A model generated the notes under the pieces. The model was not told the origin of the DNA. It worked only from the letters and a program-made list of their open reading frames with translations, and made no database searches. A stretch of DNA of 63,974 nt, counting the filler, from Stramenopiles sp. TOSAG23-2 (taxonomy: Eukaryota): NCBI GenBank assembly GCA_900128395.1. It is 3 parts of 3 records of this genome, joined end to end, with 100 filler letters (N's around TTAATTAATTAA, not from the genome) between each part and the next. Parts side by side here need not be neighbours in the genome. Positions count along the whole stretch, not along the records: positions 44,814 to 63,974 come from LT649588.1; 2 more parts are not named here. The stretch is one strand, 5' to 3'. Below are positions 56,912-63,974 of the stretch, piece by piece (position 1 is the stretch's first letter; every line of letters starts with the position of its first letter). The translations under genes and the position numbers were made by a program.

Positions 56912-57778
56912 GTACTAATCACACCAAACTATGATATGCTATGCAATGATATAGGATATACAATATATACATATATTATAATATATTGTAACATTTCTCT
57001 ATCTGTTTGTTTCACTACGATGTGTCTCTTTTGTCGTAAAGAATAAGTGTATATGAAGAAGTTTGTCTAAAATACGCCTCCTTTTATCGAGATCTAGGAG
57101 ATTATAATAACTGTCTAATAAAAATAATAAATAAAAATTCCAATTAGTACTAATGATAGAAAATGAAATAATTAGACATCAATAAAAAAGATTTACTATA
57201 CGAAATTTATACTACTATTGTTTTAATAGATTGAAAATTATCAAAAAATGACAGAATATTAAATATAGAATATCATATACAATATAATTTCCGGTTAATA
57301 TCCAGGTAAATAAAACTCTTCAATTTTAATTTGAGCACCTTCCTCACGGACGCGGACGGTACCACCTGGTGTACTCAGGAAACCCCGCTATGCTATTCGC
57401 ATATACTGTATATACAGTGGTAAGGCCAGCTGGGCCACAGCACGAGACAGCATCAACGACTTAGATGACTATCTCTATCTCTCTTCTTATTTTTTTTTTT
57501 GCACTTGTGCATCTTCTTTTCCTGTTGTTGTGGTTTTCTTGTGTTCCATCCAGGCTGGGCAGGCCCTAAGGCAGGCTGGGCAGGCGGCAGTCGTCTTCTT
57601 TTATTTGTTATTATTATTTGTTATTACATTTACTCTATTACATATACCAACTGATATTCTTTTGATCAATAACATGGAGAATGTATATATTTCATACTCC
57701 ATACTGGATTGAACATCATAATATCATCATTTCCATACTCTAATAATGATAAAAAAAAAACAAAACACATCAAACATC

Positions 57779-59521
57779 ATGAAATATATTATTAAACAAT
57801 ATCTATTATATTATTCTTATTGTTTTTTATTATTCATTATTAAATGTAGTCATGCTACGATAATACTTCCTTCGTATTTTTCTAGTTCAATGGTTTTACA
57901 ACAAAACGAAAATGTAAACTTTTGGGGTATTAGTACATTGTTTCAACATCATATAACTGTAACATTTGACAATAAATCATTTGAAACAACGTCTGATAAA
58001 AATGGAAAATTTCAAGTACAATTACCTGGACAAAAAGCGAGTCTTACACAATATACAATTTCAATTAAAGAAGAAGGAGGAAAAGAAAATAATACAAATA
58101 ACGTTATTACTTTAAATGATATTGTATTTGGAGAAGTATATATTTGTAGTGGCCAATCAAATATGCAATTACAAGTGGCTGCGACGTTAAATCAAGAAAA
58201 TGAAATTGCAAAATCTTCAACACATGGGATGGGACTTCGTATTATGTCTGTTGATCTCTGCCCAGATTATGGTAATGTCACAGTCCCTCAAGAAAATGTT
58301 ACACTAAGTATACCGTGGGGGCATCCGGCGCCTTCTCGTTATACTGATAAGGATGGTTCTGAATTTGTACCAGTTGCAGATATGTCGGCAGCATGTTTTT
58401 ACTATGGAGTAGAAATGACTCAAAAAAATTCTAGTATTCCAGTTGGTTTAATTGCTTCTTCTTGGGGAGGTACTAGGATTCAAGTATGGATGGATGATGC
58501 TTCTTTGAAATCATGTGGTGCAAAAAATGTTGATGCATCTCCTCCTTCAATGTATTCCATTACTTCCCTATTTCCATTATATAATAATGCATTTAAACAA
58601 TTCGGTGGAGGAGTCCCTAATGTAGATAGTACACTTTGGAACTCGATGATATATCCATTTTTAAAATTAAAGTTGTCAGGATTTTTATGGTATCAAGGCG
58701 AATCGAACTCCAACGAGCCTGAATTATATTCTCGTTGTTTCCCAGCTATGATTTCTCAATGGAGGCAATATTGGAAAGCAGCTGAATTGCCATTTATGTT
58801 TGTACAAATTTCTGCATGGCCAAATCACGATGTAGGTATTATTTCTGGTATTCGTTTCGCGCAATTGAATGCATTAAATTTAAATGCAGTAGGTATGGCA
58901 GTAGCTGCAGACATTGCTGATCCTGCGGGCTCTTTCCATCCGATTCATCCACCATGGAAACAAGAAGTGGGAAGACGAATGGGTTTAATTGGAGATAATT
59001 TATGTCGAGGAAATAAAGAAATACCTTTACGTGGTCCTGAAGTAATTAGTGTTAGTTTTGATTCATGGGATGAAAGCTGGGGAGACTTCCACCATGGCGT
59101 GGCAAGTGGAATCTGTCAAACAGCTGCATCAAGCGGTTGGCGATGTGGTGGCATTAAAGTTAAATTTGATCAAAAAATTGTATTAAAATCACAATATGGT
59201 TTGGAATATGGTATGGGTGATGGTGGTGGTTTTAATTTATGGAATAATGTTAGTGGAGAAAATATCCCTGGCGCAACTTCTTGTGGTTCGAGACAGTTAA
59301 AAAGTAATTCATGTTTGGATTGCAGTAAATGTCCATGTTATCAACCAATGGAAGTGGTTGGAGTATTGGAGGATGGATATACACTTCAATTAAATACAAC
59401 ATTTATTAGTGGAAATATAGGAATTCTTAAATATGCATTTAAAGATTATCCAACAATGATTGTGTATGATCGTATATATGGACGTCCTGCAAGACCCTTC
59501 AATATTAGCGTTCATGTATAA
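57779..59521 (+). CDS. SIAE: Sialate O-acetylesterase (SASA/SGNH family), secreted
   Basis: SSMVLQQ, GEVYICSGQSNM, SAACFYYG, WGGTRIQVW, WYQGESN, IHPPWKQEVGRR; signal peptide. Confidence 0.9.
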   Translation: MKYIIKQYLLYYSYCFLLFIIKCSHATIILPSYFSSSMVLQQNENVNFWGISTLFQHHITVTFDNKSFETTSDKNGKFQVQLPGQKASLTQYTISIKEEGGKENNTNNVITLNDIVFGEVYICSGQSNMQLQVAATLNQENEIAKSSTHGMGLRIMSVDLCPDYGNVTVPQENVTLSIPWGHPAPSRYTDKDGSEFVPVADMSAACFYYGVEMTQKNSSIPVGLIASSWGGTRIQVWMDDASLKSCGAKNVDASPPSMYSITSLFPLYNNAFKQFGGGVPNVDSTLWNSMIYPFLKLKLSGFLWYQGESNSNEPELYSRCFPAMISQWRQYWKAAELPFMFVQISAWPNHDVGIISGIRFAQLNALNLNAVGMAVAADIADPAGSFHPIHPPWKQEVGRRMGLIGDNLCRGNKEIPLRGPEVISVSFDSWDESWGDFHHGVASGICQTAASSGWRCGGIKVKFDQKIVLKSQYGLEYGMGDGGGFNLWNNVSGENIPGATSCGSRQLKSNSCLDCSKCPCYQPMEVVGVLEDGYTLQLNTTFISGNIGILKYAFKDYPTMIVYDRIYGRPARPFNISVHV

Positions 59522-59740
59522 AAGTGGCATTATATTTGTTTATTTTTAATTTTATAAAAATAAAAATACGTATTTTATTAATTATTTGGAAGAGGATAAA
59601 AACCTACTCGTGCTTGTGGGGTATTAGTTTTTGCAGATGATGTGCATTTTAGAGCATCACTTAATAGTAGGATAGAATATTATTCTTGAGATTGAGTATT
59701 GAGCATATAAAATTTTACGAAGTCATAATTTTTAATTTTT

Positions 59741-62700
59741 TTACACAACGATGACAACACTATCGTCTAAATTTCCAACGCCTTCCTTCTTTGCATCATC
59801 TTCCGTATTTTTATTCACATCATTACTATTGTTCCCACTTTCTTTCTCAAATAATCTACGTCGTTGTTCCTCCAAGGTTTCCGTGCCAACAACACTTTTA
59901 GTACTGCTAGTTAAATCGATATTTGTATCGTTTTTTTCTTCGTCTTTTTTCTCATCTGGCGTTTTTTTAGTTGGTGAATCAAATACAGTTGCAATTTTAA
60001 CACCAACCTCCCTGCGCTTAGGAAATACTATAATGTTATTTCCATTTCCACCTTTACCGAATTTGCTGTTCCTAGCTGGTGGTGGCCTTGGGCGATTATT
60101 ACCTTCACCTGTATTTGGCGATTGCGGTGTTGAATCTCTTTTAATTTTCAATTCAATTGCATCATTTAATTCTTTTTTATCTACAATCAACAAATTTGTA
60201 CCATCATTTAAACGCCCAATATCAGTTCTCATAACTAACATATTATCGCTGTTATTATCCTCCACATCCTCATTTAAACCAACCCATTGAATGCCTTTAC
60301 CAGACATGGTTCTACCATATATGACCTTTGCATTAATGCCACCAAGAGTACGTAACTTTGCTACACGAAAGTCGCGTTTTGTTACTTCATTGTTTGTGTT
60401 ATTGGTGTCATTACCATCATTTGCTTCTTCAATAAATTTATGACTAAATATATTGGACAATTTTTCATCCAAATTCTTCGTTGTCATATGTTTTGAAACA
60501 ACAGCTTCAATTTTCTTACCTAATTTATGTATAATGGGTCTCCACAATATAAATGAGACAATGGCATCTTTGCTCGTAACAACTTCTTCTGTATCTAAGT
60601 ATTGAACTGCAAATTTATCATTGTCACTTAGACGTTTTACTGATGCTCCTAATGTTTGATCATCTCGCAATATGGCACCAACATCTTTACCAGTTTTACC
60701 ACGTATGCGTAATCTCAATTTTTCAGGCGAATGTCCTTTTGATTTAGGATGTTTTGATATTCGTAATTTCACATCTTTCACTTTCGTATCTTTTGAAAAC
60801 AGCGCTTTACTAATAGCTTTGAATGGTTCTTTTGCATTTGGTGTATAACGATAAAATAATAAAATTACATCACCAACCTTTGGTTGCACACCTTTTTCAA
60901 CAAATACCACACTGCCATCGCTTAAATTATTATCATTCATAGATTTTTCTAAATCTTTTAATACTGGTGCTCTTGCATGTAATTTCAAACGAAAAGTATT
61001 TAAATCTTCTATGTTCAACGTTGCCGCAATAGCCTCTTTCAACGTGAATAAAGATTTGCGCTTATCAATAATAACACAATTTTCGAACATTTTTTCACCA
61101 AGTTTATTAAAATTAATAGAAACTCGATTTCGTTTGTCTTCATATGTCTTTATAATAGCACTATTGAACGAGGTAAGATAGCTTTCCTTCTCATTTGCAT
61201 CGTCTACGCGTTCAATGATAACCTCCTCACCACTCCATATCGAAAAATGTTTTTTTATCATTTTCTCATCATCATTTAGCACTACCGCACTATTAGCATT
61301 CATACGTATCAACCTATGTTTTGTTTGTTCAACACCTGTTGCCTTTTCAACAGCTTTTCGCAATGCACCAACAGTTGCTTGTTGATCACCTTCCACTCGT
61401 ACAATTTTTGATGAGTTTGCATTTGATGTTTGTTTTTCAATATCCCAAGTGCTTATTCGAACCAACATTTCATTTGGATTGTACTCTTCAAATGTTTCAT
61501 CTTCTTCCCTTACTTCCAACATCATGGTACATGAAAGGCCAAATTTTAAGTCTTTCAACGTTTTTGATTCTTCACCACCATATGTTTTCCCAGCTGCAGA
61601 TGCATGAGCATCAAATTTACGTAAGCGTACACGATCTATTGAAATAACTTTTTTATTTTGATCATTGAATATTTTCTGGTAAACTGTCTCCGTTGCTTGT
61701 CTCAACGTGTACACAGACGGCATATCTAACGTTAAATCTGCACCTTGTACCGTGCCAATTGCACCAGAGGTAAAGACACGCATTTCAACTAATAATTGTT
61801 TAATATCATATGCACGGCGTAATCTTAAATACTTTGCACTTTCATCCTCGATTGTTTTTTGAACATTTTCTGGTAATAATTTTAATTCCTCATCGCTTGA
61901 AGCAATTACGATGTTGTTAATTTTTGCATTATCATCACCTGTCATCTTGCGATAACATAATAAATATGCATTGGAAGATGATCTATTTGATGGCATTTTT
62001 TTCACTTGAACACCCGTTGCCCCTTTCGTAGCATCATCAACAACATCACTCCCATTATCGACATTTTGTCCAAATAGCCGATCAATGTCTTTTTCAGTCA
62101 TTTCGCTTACATGTGCATCGTTAAAATCATACCATTTATTGACATTGTCCCTGCGATCTCCTCTTATAAATGCACGGTAATGTCCACCACGACTAGTGCC
62201 ACTGTGATTCATAACTGATACCAATTGATATTTTCCTAATAGTTGTTTTGTCTTATTGTTACCTCCTTTACGGTTATTCATTGTCGATGATACATTTTCA
62301 TTGCTATTATTTTCGCTATTGGTATTTGCATCATCCTTATTGTTGTTAGGATCATCACATTTATCGTACCTGAAATCATTCAAAACATTATCCATATCGA
62401 TAATTTCAGGTATTTCACACGAATCATTCACCTTAACACGACGCATGGTTTGATAATCAAAATCAAAACGTTTTAAATGTAACATCAATACCGGTGGTAA
62501 GCGATCTACCAAACTGCCTTTTTCAGCATCAATTTTCTTATCCAATTCTTCACAAAAATATTGATTTTCACCATCTAATTTATCCGGTTGAAATGACGTT
62601 TTAAGCGATTCAATGACATCCTTTTGTCCTTTGATAGGTAAACTTAATGTTAAAAATGGATCAGAATGGTAACGACCAGAAAATTCTTTTCCACGAATAT

Positions 62701-63271
62701 AGTTATAGTTTAAACCACGAAATAAGTCTGTTATTCTCGTCCTCGTATTTGTTCTATTTTCCACTCCATCACCGCCACCATCCTTACTACTGTTTGCGGA
62801 AGCAGCAATGACTTCACTATGTGCCAATGACCGATCCAATGCATCAAACAATACCATACAAAGTTCTTGAACATCCTGTTGAGTAGCACCTTGACTTTTG
62901 CTCCAACCAAATGAACATGTTAAATCTTCCGTTGATACAGCTGGACGTGCACCAAATTGTAATTTTGCAAATAATAATTGCAATTGTAATGGTATACTAC
63001 GCTTTGCCGGACCGTGCAAATTTGGATCATGCCTGAATGAATACAAGCATCGTCTTAATTCAGGAGTGGTAAACAAGGTTTGAATCAAACTATTCAAATA
63101 ACAGGTAGCCGCTTGATTTATAAGCCCAACATACCCCGTTTTTGATCTAGTATTTAAAAACCTACTACCTTCATCGTTTAATATTTTATTTAATTCATCT
63201 TTATTTGTTTGGTAAAATTTTAATGTTTCCTCATCAAGAAGAGTGGTGTCGATATTTTTTGTCACTTCCAT
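59741..63271 (-). CDS. Ubiquitin-specific protease (C19), USP47/USP7-like with C-terminal Ubl domains
   Basis: Cys box GYVGLINQAATCYLNS, QQDVQE, LHLKRFDFD, His box HSGTSRGGHY, WYDFND, NAYLLCYR; first ATG at 63271. Confidence 0.92.
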   Translation of the reverse strand: MEVTKNIDTTLLDEETLKFYQTNKDELNKILNDEGSRFLNTRSKTGYVGLINQAATCYLNSLIQTLFTTPELRRCLYSFRHDPNLHGPAKRSIPLQLQLLFAKLQFGARPAVSTEDLTCSFGWSKSQGATQQDVQELCMVLFDALDRSLAHSEVIAASANSSKDGGGDGVENRTNTRTRITDLFRGLNYNYIRGKEFSGRYHSDPFLTLSLPIKGQKDVIESLKTSFQPDKLDGENQYFCEELDKKIDAEKGSLVDRLPPVLMLHLKRFDFDYQTMRRVKVNDSCEIPEIIDMDNVLNDFRYDKCDDPNNNKDDANTNSENNSNENVSSTMNNRKGGNNKTKQLLGKYQLVSVMNHSGTSRGGHYRAFIRGDRRDNVNKWYDFNDAHVSEMTEKDIDRLFGQNVDNGSDVVDDATKGATGVQVKKMPSNRSSSNAYLLCYRKMTGDDNAKINNIVIASSDEELKLLPENVQKTIEDESAKYLRLRRAYDIKQLLVEMRVFTSGAIGTVQGADLTLDMPSVYTLRQATETVYQKIFNDQNKKVISIDRVRLRKFDAHASAAGKTYGGEESKTLKDLKFGLSCTMMLEVREEDETFEEYNPNEMLVRISTWDIEKQTSNANSSKIVRVEGDQQATVGALRKAVEKATGVEQTKHRLIRMNANSAVVLNDDEKMIKKHFSIWSGEEVIIERVDDANEKESYLTSFNSAIIKTYEDKRNRVSINFNKLGEKMFENCVIIDKRKSLFTLKEAIAATLNIEDLNTFRLKLHARAPVLKDLEKSMNDNNLSDGSVVFVEKGVQPKVGDVILLFYRYTPNAKEPFKAISKALFSKDTKVKDVKLRISKHPKSKGHSPEKLRLRIRGKTGKDVGAILRDDQTLGASVKRLSDNDKFAVQYLDTEEVVTSKDAIVSFILWRPIIHKLGKKIEAVVSKHMTTKNLDEKLSNIFSHKFIEEANDGNDTNNTNNEVTKRDFRVAKLRTLGGINAKVIYGRTMSGKGIQWVGLNEDVEDNNSDNMLVMRTDIGRLNDGTNLLIVDKKELNDAIELKIKRDSTPQSPNTGEGNNRPRPPPARNSKFGKGGNGNNIIVFPKRREVGVKIATVFDSPTKKTPDEKKDEEKNDTNIDLTSSTKSVVGTETLEEQRRRLFEKESGNNSNDVNKNTEDDAKKEGVGNLDDSVVIVV

Positions 63272-63587
63272 ATTGTGTAGCTGGTTTATGATCTGATAAT
63301 CTCTCTTTGCATCTTTCTCTTGTATATTTATTGCTATTGTTGAGTCTTTCAAACTGTATTAATATTTGATATATAAATATTTTATATATCAAATCAATCA
63401 ATCAATTATAATAATAACTGCACAACTGTTGTTTTTTGAAAAAACCACCACCAAAAAAAAAAAATCATCCTTTTTTTTTGGCACCCGTAGTACACACTAT
63501 CAAATGAGACTATAAAAATTTATACTCGATTCTCGATTTCCAGAAAACACACATAAAACAAAACAAACACATTTGTTCTGCTTTCTC

Positions 63588-63825
63588 TATTTATTAATAA
63601 TATTTTTACGAAGAATTTTTTTATGTTAAAGATATAATACAGCAATATATAGTGTAGACCGTGTACAAACCATCATTAAAACATGAAACGAAATTCTTGG
63701 GTAGCATATTTATTAATAATATTTTTACGAAGAATTTTTTTATGTTAAAGATATAATACAGCAATATATAGTGTAGACCGTGTACAAACCATCATTAAAA
63801 CATGAAACGAAATTCTTGGGTAGCA
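63588..63825. repeat. Exact 119-bp intergenic tandem duplication
   Basis: Identical adjacent copies. Confidence 0.88.
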
Positions 63826-63974
63826 GTATCGAGGCATGATAAAGCAGTCCCTATAACTATTATATGTGCGCAAAGCTGTACTTTATTTTTCTCAATTGCA
63901 TTGTCCATAAATGTTTTTATCAATAATTTACCGTCAAATATAATGATCTTTTTCTTTGGTGGTTTTGGTGTAAT

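Noticed and set aside
1-63974. Giant-virus or endogenous viral origin, alternative genetic code, RNA genes
   Set aside because: No viral hallmark genes seen; spliceosomal introns and housekeeping genes are present; TAA, TAG and TGA all end genes at expected positions; no tRNA or rRNA recognised by eye (tRNAscan-SE/Infernal not run).

Overview
AT-rich, gene-dense, intron-poor eukaryotic nuclear DNA in the standard genetic code, with short GT-AG introns carrying CTAAC branch points. Cilia-type genes, lysosomal glycan hydrolases, ATG13 and a 7TM-TKL kinase suggest a flagellated heterotrophic protist, probably a stramenopile single-cell or metagenome assembly (inference). The window is three contigs (1-22353, 22454-44713, 44814-63974) joined by artificial N44-TTAATTAATTAA-N44 linkers. 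It carries about 13 exact 88-210 bp tandem duplications that look like assembly artefacts and break several ORFs. About 26 protein genes can be reconstructed. The best leads are: (1) a >1700-aa protein fusing nucleoporin-like GLFG repeats to four CbbX/SpoVK-type AAA+ modules, with an SH3-like insert and a Cys/His tail; (2) a pair of orientation-specific intergenic palindromes, TACC-W-GGTA upstream of gene starts and TACGA-NN-TCGTA between convergent 3' ends; (3) a secreted silaffin-like Ser/Lys/Gly/Ala repeat protein; (4) a candidate multi-core peptide precursor with repeated acidic-ENVG sites; (5) a stand-alone PfaA-type PKS dehydratase; (6) an apparently catalytically dead AstE/AspA homolog.
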